Shown one piece after another: positions 37,266 through 44,943 of a DNA stretch of 64,000 nt. This stretch comes from Candidatus Falkowbacteria bacterium. GTDB lineage: Bacteria; Patescibacteriota; Patescibacteriia; Patescibacteriales; UBA12075. The stretch is from NCBI GenBank assembly GCA_003514005.1, contig DOSJ01000006.1, positions 2,281 to 66,280 on the forward strand, in the 5' to 3' direction. Position 1 is the stretch's first letter; each line of letters begins with the position of its first letter. Made by a program: the position numbers and the translations under genes. The notes beneath the pieces were generated by a model. That model searched no databases and was not told the DNA's origin. It saw nothing but the letters and a program-made list of their open reading frames with translations.

Positions 37266-38243
37266 ATGAATCATCATAAAGTAAGTATTGAGAGTGTCGC
37301 AAGAGTAGTGATGGCATTGGGGTTAGACGGTTTTAAAAAACTTAGCAGTCATATGCCGGCATGCAGTGTGAAATATGCCGGATTCACCATAGGTGAAGTT
37401 GAAGCAATTCTCAATATCCTAGGTGAAGCAAATATAAAAAGAATGTTGGCGGGCGACGTTACTATTGAAATTAAGGAACTTATCCAAAAAATGGTGGATA
37501 AAAACGGACGTTTTATTCCACTGGTTGGCTCAAAAAATTACGATTGTAATCCGAAACCGGACTACAAACTTATTCAGCCGGATATTAACTATGCGGAACG
37601 GTTTAATAAAGCTGCTAAGTTTTTACACAACGCAATATTTGTATCGGCAGAGGAATACCAGAAGAGGAGCGAAAAACTTATTGAACAATTGCAAAATGAC
37701 CCTATGTTTTCAAATTTATTAAACGGCGTTTGGCTACCCGTCTGTTATCCTGAGTTTCGAGTTTCTGATTACAAAAAAGATCTGTTTGGATATTTCTTAA
37801 ATGCTGTTACTGCTTCATATGCACTTCAGATTCCAGGAAGGTATTTTAATAATTACATAAAAGTTGTGTTTCCAGGAAAAATTAAAATTGTTGATGAGAG
37901 TCATGAACGTTTTATTGCTAAGATGGCCAAAGGTCCGCTTGTGGGACTCCAGTTTTTCCCTTTTCAAGGATTTTCCATCAACGCAGTAAGGGAATTAATG
38001 TCGATACTTCCGAAGTCAATGTATCTTTCAGGTCCGATTGATTTTGCAGTTGCGATGACTATCCATCCTGATATCTTGGCACGTGATTATTTTACACCAT
38101 GTTACGATTGTTCTGCGGTATCTTGGGATTCCAGCTACTCGACATATTTTGTTGCCACCCAAGAAAGTTTAAGGTTTGATTGTGCCTTAGGTTTCGGCAA
38201 TGCGCATAGCCACTCTACCAGTAGCTTGATTTACCTCGGATAA
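37266..38243 (+). CDS. Orphan hypothetical protein (325 aa)
   Basis: Long ORF with a strong SD, its own promoter and its own terminator; no motif I can assign. Confidence 0.7.
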   Translation: MNHHKVSIESVARVVMALGLDGFKKLSSHMPACSVKYAGFTIGEVEAILNILGEANIKRMLAGDVTIEIKELIQKMVDKNGRFIPLVGSKNYDCNPKPDYKLIQPDINYAERFNKAAKFLHNAIFVSAEEYQKRSEKLIEQLQNDPMFSNLLNGVWLPVCYPEFRVSDYKKDLFGYFLNAVTASYALQIPGRYFNNYIKVVFPGKIKIVDESHERFIAKMAKGPLVGLQFFPFQGFSINAVRELMSILPKSMYLSGPIDFAVAMTIHPDILARDYFTPCYDCSAVSWDSSYSTYFVATQESLRFDCALGFGNAHSHSTSSLIYLG

Positions 38244-38303
38244 TAGTTTAGGCTACTTACCTTTTTTCATTAACTGCATTTTTTGTTCTTTAAGAAGTAT
38301 ACT

Positions 38304-38336
38304 GGAGGCGTGAGTAACCCGCCTCCTTTTATTTTT
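38304..38336 (+). terminator. Rho-independent terminator
   Basis: GGAGGCG (38304-38310) pairs with CGCCTCC (38320-38326), followed by TTTTATTTTT. Confidence 0.8.
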
Positions 38337-38436
38337 GAGAAATTTTAGTTAAATTGATTCAAACTATTTTTTTTCCTTGAGAATTATTTGAGTACAGATT
38401 GTCTAATATGCGTTTAAAAATAAGGGAAGAATTATG

Positions 38437-38464
38437 TAGTGATTATTAGGGGGGGGGTAATAAA
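38437..38464. repeat. G9 homopolymer tract in a conserved context, copy 2
   Basis: TAGTGATTATTAGGGGGGGGGTAATAAA; nine G at 38449-38457; ends 11 nt upstream of the -35 of the XRE promoter. Confidence 0.6.
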
Positions 38465-38468
38465 TAAT

Positions 38469-38505
38469 TTGACAAATTTATTTGGTGTGGTAAAATATTA
38501 CCACA
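38469..38505 (+). promoter_or_regulatory. Promoter with overlapping operator-like palindrome (XRE-ImmA module)
   Basis: TTGACA (38469-38474), 16-nt spacer, TAAAAT (38491-38496); palindrome TGTGGTAA-AATA-TTACCACA at 38486-38505 covers the -10. Confidence 0.6.
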
Positions 38506-38580
38506 GTTAATAAATCTTTTCCCCATACCTAAAAAGCTCGTGAATTTTATCATGCTTTTTAATTCGTGGGTCATAAACAT

Positions 38581-38958
38581 ATGGAGAAAAAAACAAACAA
38601 TTTCGGGGCAATACTCAAAGAATTTCGTTTTAAAAAAAACCTAAGTTTAAGAGAGGTATGTAAAGAGATTGGCTATGATCCAAGCAATTGGAGCAAGATT
38701 GAGCGGGGAGTATTGGCTCCACCGACCGACTTAAATACTTTGCATAAATGGGCGCTTACTTTGGGTCTAAAAAAGGGCGATAGCGCGTATCAAGATTTTA
38801 TCGACCAAGCCAATATATCACAGGGTATAATCCCAGAGGACATTCTGGCTCAAAAAAATCTGGTCAAAAGCCTACCGGCCTTTTTCCGCACTATTCGCAA
38901 CGACAAGCCATCCAAGGAGGAGATTGATACGTTGATTAAATTAATTAGGAATTCTTAA
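38581..38958 (+). CDS. XRE-family helix-turn-helix transcriptional regulator
   Basis: FGAILKEFRFKKNLSLREVCKEIGYDPSNWSKIERG is an HTH_3 pattern; the track ORF starts at a GTG (38566), and I prefer the ATG at 38581. Confidence 0.85.
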   Translation: MEKKTNNFGAILKEFRFKKNLSLREVCKEIGYDPSNWSKIERGVLAPPTDLNTLHKWALTLGLKKGDSAYQDFIDQANISQGIIPEDILAQKNLVKSLPAFFRTIRNDKPSKEEIDTLIKLIRNS

Positions 38959-38963
38959 AGCAA

Positions 38964-39578
38964 ATGGATTTTAGCAAATTCAGAACACCTTACATTAAAA
39001 AAGACGTTATTAAAATCAAGGCTGATACTTTTCGGAAAATGTACTGGAATGATTCTATTCCCGTAGATATCGAAAAGATTATAGATGTCAAATTGGGTAT
39101 TGACATTATTCCGACTCCGGACATGATGAAGCTTTGCAATACCGATGCCTTAATCTCATCTGATTTTACTTCAATTAACGTTGATAACGATTGGTACAAT
39201 GACGAGCGAAATATGAACCGTCTCCGTTTTTCTTTGGCACACGAAATGGGTCATTTTGTTTTGCATAAGGATATTTATGGAAGTTTTAAGATTGAAAGTC
39301 TTGATGATTTTTATAATTTTATAGAAAACATCTCTCAACAAACCTACCGGAGCATGGAATGGCAAGCGCAAACCTTTGCCAGTTATTTGCTGGTCCCGCG
39401 AGACATGGTGAGGTCTGTTTACAAAAAAATTTATGATGAAGTGCGACAAAGCGCTTCTATGGATTTTTCAAATATTGAGGAAGAATTTTTAAATGATCTT
39501 ATGTCTGTGCCAATGAGTAAAGAATTCGGAATTTCAGCGGAGGCGATGTTTTATGTGTTGAGTGAGTATAAAAATTGA
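38964..39578 (+). CDS. ImmA/IrrE-family (M78, COG2856-type) zinc metallopeptidase
   Basis: 204 aa; FSLAHEMGHFVLH (HExxH) followed by EWQAQTFASYLLVP; 5-nt gap from the XRE gene. Confidence 0.85.
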   Translation: MDFSKFRTPYIKKDVIKIKADTFRKMYWNDSIPVDIEKIIDVKLGIDIIPTPDMMKLCNTDALISSDFTSINVDNDWYNDERNMNRLRFSLAHEMGHFVLHKDIYGSFKIESLDDFYNFIENISQQTYRSMEWQAQTFASYLLVPRDMVRSVYKKIYDEVRQSASMDFSNIEEEFLNDLMSVPMSKEFGISAEAMFYVLSEYKN

Positions 39579-39645
39579 TTTTATGGATTTTAAATAATAA
39601 TATTTTAAAAATAATTTTCGTTTGCATGCTTGGCGATGAATAATT

Positions 39646-40044
39646 ATGGAAAAGCGATTTATCGTCCTCATGCTTTTGTTATTTTCACTTTCTGCCTGCA
39701 CCGCGTACGATATCCCTCAAACTTATGTAGAGCCGGTCGAGAAATCGGTTATTGAGAGACCGATTGATACAAGCAGTTTGACTGTTCCGGAAAAAAGCTC
39801 TGTTAGTGAACGGACTGAAACAGATGCGAAAACAAAAACAGTTACCGAAAAACCAAGCATTGATGTTCCGCTTTCCAATGACAATCACTACACCAATGTC
39901 GATGGCAACGAAGTTCATTCTCCGGCTTTCGCCCCATCCCGCCCATCCGGCGCTTCGGCCATGTGTAGAGACGGGAGTTATTCATTCTCACAGAATCGAC
40001 GGGGGACTTGCTCGCGGCATGGTGGGGTTGAGGAGTGGTATTAG
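39646..40044 (+). CDS. Lipoprotein with C-terminal DUF3761-like domain
   Basis: 132 aa; lipobox LSAC; C-terminus GASAMCRDGSYSFSQNRRGTCSRHGGVEEWY matches the DUF3761 signature as I recall it. Confidence 0.7.
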   Translation: MEKRFIVLMLLLFSLSACTAYDIPQTYVEPVEKSVIERPIDTSSLTVPEKSSVSERTETDAKTKTVTEKPSIDVPLSNDNHYTNVDGNEVHSPAFAPSRPSGASAMCRDGSYSFSQNRRGTCSRHGGVEEWY

Positions 40045-40113
40045 GACAATATTACCATATTCATTATTGCCGTAACTTCAGTATAGAGGGAATATTATTA
40101 AATAAAAAAAATT

Positions 40114-41253
40114 ATGAACGAATTTGATGTTGTAAATTTAAACAAACAGATGTTCCAGCTTACTATTCAGCTGCTCAAGTCTACTTGGCCATTAATTTTG
40201 TTTGCTATTGTTGCGTCAGTAACGATTCGATGGACTGAAAAGAATATTCAGGAAAAATCAATTAAATTTTTTGTAAGAAAACATAAAATAGAAATTTATA
40301 CAGGTATTTTTGGTATTGTAGGTTATGTAATAAGCTACTTATTTATTGAACAGCCAAATATTACATTATTAATGAATGTGGTAATTACTATAACGGTAAT
40401 TTCATTAGTTATATATTCAAAAACTAAAGACAGAGATTTTTATTTTATCTCACTGTTAAATGATCTTGAAAGATATGAATGGATAGGTCAAGGTACTTTT
40501 CAATTTAATAGAAATGAAAAATCGTTTGAAATTACAAATTCTCATTCTGGTTATATTTATCCCAGATGTCTAAATTGGAGTGATTATTACACTAATTTTG
40601 AATTTAAAATTATAAACAAAAGCTTAGGTGTTATTTTGCGCGCAACAAATTTATCAAATTTAGTTATGCTTCAAATATTTGATGAAGGAATAAAAGCACA
40701 CATAAGAGTAAATGGATTTTGGCAGTCTTGGGATATGCATAGCACTCATTTAAAATTTAGTCATAGGTTAAATTTGGATCAATGGTATGAGTTTAGCGCA
40801 TATTGTGATAAAAACTCTATCAAGGTTGTGATATCAGAAAATGATTTAGAAAATAAAACCGTTTTCGATAGAAGCTGGAGTATTCCAACTGGTAGTATAA
40901 ACTTTGAAATTAAAAATGGCGATGAAATTAGTGGTACAATGCCTTTTTCAATAAATTTGGAATTCGGAACATTGGGTTTTAGAAACCATGGGGACGAAAG
41001 GGCGTTAGTTAAAAATTTATTTAATGAATTACCCCGGGGCAGAGCCCCGAGGTATCTCGCTGTTAGCAAGATGTTGTGTTTTAAAAAAACTTTAGTTGTC
41101 CTTCATGGATCCGTACGTAGTTGCTACTCTGCTTTTCGATGTAACTTCTTATCATTGCTTCATTTCCGTATTGCCCCACAGTATTGGCATAGTAGCCCGA
41201 TGTCCATAGACTCCCTCCCCAAAGTATCTTCTTTATTTCAGGATGTTTTTTGA
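40114..41253 (+). CDS. 3-TM membrane protein with DUF1080/LamG-like jelly-roll domain; native 3' end displaced by the IS200/IS605 insertion
   Basis: The native-looking sequence ends ...GTLGFRNHGDERALVKNLFNEL at about 41031 (a DUF1080-like C-terminal motif); codons from 41032 onward translate the IS hairpin and the antisense of tnpA. Confidence 0.6.
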   Translation: MNEFDVVNLNKQMFQLTIQLLKSTWPLILFAIVASVTIRWTEKNIQEKSIKFFVRKHKIEIYTGIFGIVGYVISYLFIEQPNITLLMNVVITITVISLVIYSKTKDRDFYFISLLNDLERYEWIGQGTFQFNRNEKSFEITNSHSGYIYPRCLNWSDYYTNFEFKIINKSLGVILRATNLSNLVMLQIFDEGIKAHIRVNGFWQSWDMHSTHLKFSHRLNLDQWYEFSAYCDKNSIKVVISENDLENKTVFDRSWSIPTGSINFEIKNGDEISGTMPFSINLEFGTLGFRNHGDERALVKNLFNELPRGRAPRYLAVSKMLCFKKTLVVLHGSVRSCYSAFRCNFLSLLHFRIAPQYWHSSPMSIDSLPKVSSLFQDVF

Positions 41254-41617
41254 ATATCCCCTTGGCAGTGATACTCTTTATCTTCATAACCATTTCAGAA
41301 ACAGACATATTGGGAATTCCCTGCACCAAGAAATGTACATGATTTTCATCCGCCCCAATCTCAACAAAATTCATTTCATAGCATATGCCAATTTCAGAAC
41401 AAATGTCACGCAAAGTAATCTCAACTTCTTTTGTCAAAACAAAACGCCGATATTTCACCGGAAATACTATATGATACAATAACAATGTTTTATTATGTCT
41501 TTTGAATACATGTTTATCATCTGTCATGAATACATTATATATGTAATCCACGGTCTTGAAAACCTACGGTTTTCAAACTTTCCCTCCTTATGGTAACCCC
41601 GGGGCAGAGCCCCGAGG
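41031..41617 (-). mobile_element. IS200/IS605-family insertion sequence (about 587 bp)
   Basis: Y1 transposase gene bracketed by identical 22-nt direct copies ACCCCGGGGCAGAGCCCCGAGG (41031-41052 and 41596-41617), each containing the hairpin CGGGGC-AGA-GCCCCG. Confidence 0.8.
41081..41551 (-). CDS. tnpA: IS200/IS605 family Y1 (HUH) transposase TnpA
   Basis: LLLYHIVFPVKYRR, HUH motif ENHVHFLVQ, catalytic Tyr region WTSGYYANTVG; start may be Met9 (41527). Confidence 0.9.
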   Translation of the reverse strand: MDYIYNVFMTDDKHVFKRHNKTLLLYHIVFPVKYRRFVLTKEVEITLRDICSEIGICYEMNFVEIGADENHVHFLVQGIPNMSVSEMVMKIKSITAKGIFKKHPEIKKILWGGSLWTSGYYANTVGQYGNEAMIRSYIEKQSSNYVRIHEGQLKFF

Positions 41618-41799
41618 AATTCTTTCGATTAAAAAAATACAATATTAAAAATTACAAAAAATTAATAAAAAAAGAATTTAGACAACCCCTAGAAATATTA
41701 AAAAATGCTATTGTTTACGTTTTCTTAATAGTGTAGCATGGGTGTAATATGTGTGTAATTACACTCGTATTACTTTTTATATCATTTAATTCGATACCC

Positions 41800-41828
41800 T
41801 TGACCGATTTAATTATTTTAGATAGAAT
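41800..41828 (+). promoter_or_regulatory. Sigma-70-type promoter for tRNA-Thr
   Basis: TTGACC (41800-41805), 17-nt spacer, TAGAAT (41823-41828); tRNA begins 29 nt downstream. Confidence 0.6.
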
Positions 41829-41856
41829 AATTAAAGTGATATTAAAAAAAACAATT

Positions 41857-41929
41857 GCCGGTGTAACTCAGTTGGTAGAGTAGTGGTTTTGTAAACCATT
41901 TGTCGGGGGTTCGAGTCCTCTCGCCGGCT
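41857..41929 (+). tRNA. tRNA-Thr (anticodon UGU)
   Basis: Hand-folded cloverleaf: acceptor GCCGGTG/CGCCGGC, D-arm ACTC-AGTTGGTA-GAGT, anticodon stem GTGGT/ACCAT with loop TTTGTAA (TGT), T-arm GGGGG-TTCGAGT-CCTCT; no encoded CCA. Confidence 0.9.
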
Positions 41930-41937
41930 CATATTTT

Positions 41938-41970
41938 AAAAAGACTGCCTTTTAGCAGTCTTTTTAATTT
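41938..41970 (+). terminator. Rho-independent terminator after the tRNA
   Basis: GACTGC (41943-41948) pairs with GCAGTC (41955-41960), flanked by an A-run and followed by TTTTTAATTTT. Confidence 0.7.
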
Positions 41971-42009
41971 TGATTTATTAGATAATTCTGCAGATAAATA
42001 GTAAACATT

Positions 42010-42190
42010 GTTTTTCTCTTGTCATTCCCGTACCCCTCCGGGCATAAACTCCGGCGGGAATCCAGGGGGAAAAGCGCTTAATGTTCTAAACTAGTATAAT
42101 TGATTATGATATTCGAATTATTTACCCCTGGATTCCCGATCATTTAATATCTATTCTCTGCCGAGGGCAAGGAGTGTCGGGAATGACAAA
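42010..42190. mobile_element. Hairpin-module MITE-like element, copy E (module 2 ... module 3 inverted)
   Basis: TTGTCATTCCCGTACCCCTCCGGGCATAAACTCCGGCGGGAATCCAGGGGGAAAAG at the left, CTGGATTCCCGATCATTTAATAT...GTGTCGGGAATGACAAA at the right. Confidence 0.8.
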
Positions 42191-42292
42191 ATATTTTACA
42201 CATAAAATTGTCAAAAAAATTATATTTTGAATTATTATTAAAATAATGATATAATAATATCAGATAATTGATGATAATAATAGGAAAAAATA

Positions 42293-43336
42293 ATGGAAAT
42301 AGAACCATATTTCAAGTCAGCTATTGAAAATAATGCCTCTGATTTGCATTTGGTAGAGGGGAGTATTCCGGCGCTAAGAGTTTCTGGAGAATTGATAAAA
42401 TTTAATGAAAATCCCATACCTTTTGGCGAATTAAGGCATGCTATAAATTTGAAAATAGATAAAAACACCAGAGAACGATTTGAAAGAAAACGTGATTTGG
42501 ATTTATCCATGGTTTTTTTTAAAAACCGTTTTCGCGTAAACCTGCATTTTCAAGATGGCAAAATCGGCTTGACAGCCAGACTTGTACCGATTCAAATCCC
42601 GACACCAAAAGATATCAGACTAACGGAGACAATCTATGCCTTGACGCATCTGAAAGACGGGTTAATCCTTGTAACCGGTGCTTCCGGAACCGGAAAATCA
42701 ACAACACTGGCCGTAATGCTGGATATTATCAATACGGAACGGCGTTCGCACATTATCACTATTGAGGATCCGATTGAATATGATTTTCAAGACAAACAAA
42801 GTATAGTCGAGCAAAGACAGCTTGGCAGAGATACCTCTAGCTTTGCTGACGCGTTAAAATACGCTCTTCGCCAAGACCCGAACGTGATCATGGTTGGCGA
42901 GATGCGCGACCTTGATACTATATCCGCGGCTTTGACTGCGGCTAAAACCGGTCATTTGGTTTTATCAACACTGCACACCGCGACTGCCGCTGAAACTGTT
43001 GAACGCATTGTCGATTTTTTTCCTTCACAGAACCAGGGCTTGATAACTGGACAGCTTTCAACCGTACTTAGGGCGGTGATTTCCCAACAGCTGTTGCCGA
43101 AAAAAGACGGCGGATTAATCGCCGCCCGTGAAATATTAATCAATAATCGAGCTATTGCAAACCTGATCCGCAATAATCAAGTATCGCAAATCGGCAATGC
43201 TATCCAGACCGGGGGACAAGAAGGCATGATTACCATGAACAAGGCGATTGATAATTTGTTTCAAGAAGGACTTATCACGGAACAAGTAGCGCGAAATCGT
43301 AAGCGCGACCTAGAAACACAAGCTGCTTATTATTAA
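42293..43336 (+). CDS. pilT: Type IV pilus retraction ATPase PilT
   Basis: 347 aa; ASDLHL, Walker A GASGTGKSTTLA, IITIEDPIEY, Walker B IMVGEMRD, LVLSTLHT. Confidence 0.92.
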   Translation: MEIEPYFKSAIENNASDLHLVEGSIPALRVSGELIKFNENPIPFGELRHAINLKIDKNTRERFERKRDLDLSMVFFKNRFRVNLHFQDGKIGLTARLVPIQIPTPKDIRLTETIYALTHLKDGLILVTGASGTGKSTTLAVMLDIINTERRSHIITIEDPIEYDFQDKQSIVEQRQLGRDTSSFADALKYALRQDPNVIMVGEMRDLDTISAALTAAKTGHLVLSTLHTATAAETVERIVDFFPSQNQGLITGQLSTVLRAVISQQLLPKKDGGLIAAREILINNRAIANLIRNNQVSQIGNAIQTGGQEGMITMNKAIDNLFQEGLITEQVARNRKRDLETQAAYY

Positions 43337-43346
43337 TAATAAAAAT

Positions 43347-43676
43347 ATGATGCCAGAAAAATGGGTAAGCGTAATCGGAAACATCAAAGACAATTTCAAG
43401 GTCAAAGATGAAGGAAAGTTTCATAGCGACGAAGAAGGGGGAACAGATATTGAATTTATCGAATTTGACGGACCGCTTGGCCTAATGCGTTTGGAGTTTA
43501 TCAGCCGCCCGGTAATCTTGGACAAAAAAACCATATACTCAAATCGTATCGGCTCTGAGACAAAGATTGATTATGTTTATAGCCCTGACGAGAAAAGCCA
43601 TATCCTGGTCGTTTATAAATGGGACGAATCACAAAATGATTGGTTGGAAATGGATGATAACAATTTGTTTAATTAA
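43347..43676 (+). CDS. Hypothetical cytoplasmic protein
   Basis: 109-aa ORF, 10-nt gap after pilT; no motif recognised. Confidence 0.5.
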   Translation: MMPEKWVSVIGNIKDNFKVKDEGKFHSDEEGGTDIEFIEFDGPLGLMRLEFISRPVILDKKTIYSNRIGSETKIDYVYSPDEKSHILVVYKWDESQNDWLEMDDNNLFN

Positions 43677-43705
43677 TTTTAACTTTGATTTAATTAAATA
43701 ATAAT

Positions 43706-44164
43706 ATGTTAAAAAATTCAAAATTATTAATTATTTTAACGTCTTCAATGTCACTTGTGTTGATTGCGCTTTTGGTAAACACAAAAATAATTCGTGTAAG
43801 AGAAGGTGCAAATGAACAAATAGTAATTGAAACAAAACCGGTGATTGAGAAAAAAGTGTTAAGCCCGGAAGATATCAAAAATTTAAAATTAAAGTATGAT
43901 CAAGAATTGCTCGCAGTAACGAACGAATATGATAGGATTATTAATCTTGAGCCCGAATCCGGAAAAAAAGAAGAGTTGGAAAAATTGCGAGAAAGGATGC
44001 TTGATCTGGTTATTCCGGAAGAATATAAAAAGACCCACCTTGAGCTAGTTTTGATTTTTACCAAAATCAACGATATTTTAAATGAAGAAAAAAAAGACAT
44101 TGATGAAGCAGAGATACTTTTAGCCAGAGTCAAAGAAAAATACAAAACACTTGAAAAAACATAG
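43706..44164 (+). CDS. Hypothetical N-terminally anchored coiled-coil protein
   Basis: 152 aa; TM LLIILTSSMSLVLIALLV; charged helical remainder. Confidence 0.5.
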   Translation: MLKNSKLLIILTSSMSLVLIALLVNTKIIRVREGANEQIVIETKPVIEKKVLSPEDIKNLKLKYDQELLAVTNEYDRIINLEPESGKKEELEKLRERMLDLVIPEEYKKTHLELVLIFTKINDILNEEKKDIDEAEILLARVKEKYKTLEKT

Positions 44165-44176
44165 CCGAAAAAAGAT

Positions 44177-44938
44177 ATGCGCTATAATAAATTTTTACCG
44201 TTATTTATTCCCTTGCTCACGTTCATTCTGCTTGAGTTTTTTTATTTTAGGCCCAGAATGATTTACGTCGTACTTGTAATTTTGATTTTATTATATTTTT
44301 TTACTTTCCGGCAGTTTATCAAAGCCAGCAAAAAAAAAGAAAATATTTGGAATTACTTGATATTGCCCGCGCTATTTTTAATTAGCTCAAGCGGATTTTC
44401 CGTTTTGATGCCAAGCAAATTTTTAGTACAGTCCTTATTTATTGTAGTTTTTCTTTTTTTAAATATTTATTTTCGCACAACATATTATTATTTTTTGAAA
44501 CCGGAAAAATACCAAAAAAATTCATTAGAAAATTTATCATCATATGGAAGCTTTCTTTCTGTCTATTTTGCTGCATCCGGCATTTATGGGCTCCAGTCTT
44601 TTTTGGGAATGAATACGTGTCTATTGATGCTGATTTTGCTGTTTTTTATAAGCGCGATTGTTTATCAGGTTTTCTTGACAAATAGCATTTTGACAAAATC
44701 CGGCATTTTGTTTATTATAATCCTACCGTTAACATATCTGGAAATTGCCTGGTCAATATCATTTTTATCGCTTAGCTATTATATTCTAGGCTTAATAATG
44801 GCCGTATGCTATTATATTGCTATCGGCTTGGTCAGATTTTATCTGATCGGTAAACTGGATGCGCAAATAATCAAACTTTATTTAATTTTTGGATTTTTAA
44901 GCATATTTTCCGTGTTGTTTACATCGCGGTGGGTATAA
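44177..44938 (+). CDS. Polytopic membrane protein (about 7 TM), function unknown
   Basis: 253 aa, highly hydrophobic throughout. Confidence 0.6.
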   Translation: MRYNKFLPLFIPLLTFILLEFFYFRPRMIYVVLVILILLYFFTFRQFIKASKKKENIWNYLILPALFLISSSGFSVLMPSKFLVQSLFIVVFLFLNIYFRTTYYYFLKPEKYQKNSLENLSSYGSFLSVYFAASGIYGLQSFLGMNTCLLMLILLFFISAIVYQVFLTNSILTKSGILFIIILPLTYLEIAWSISFLSLSYYILGLIMAVCYYIAIGLVRFYLIGKLDAQIIKLYLIFGFLSIFSVLFTSRWV

Positions 44939-44943
44939 ATATT

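Noticed and set aside
38566-38580. GTG start of the XRE gene given by the ORF track
   Set aside because: An ATG five codons downstream gives the typical short N-terminus before the HTH. Neither start has a clear SD, so the choice remains uncertain.
41053-41253. C-terminal 67 codons of the 40114 ORF
   Set aside because: They are read-through into the IS200/IS605 element, antisense to tnpA, and not part of the native protein.
41243-41482. 79-aa plus-strand ORF inside the IS
   Set aside because: It is antisense to the well-supported tnpA gene and has no motif.
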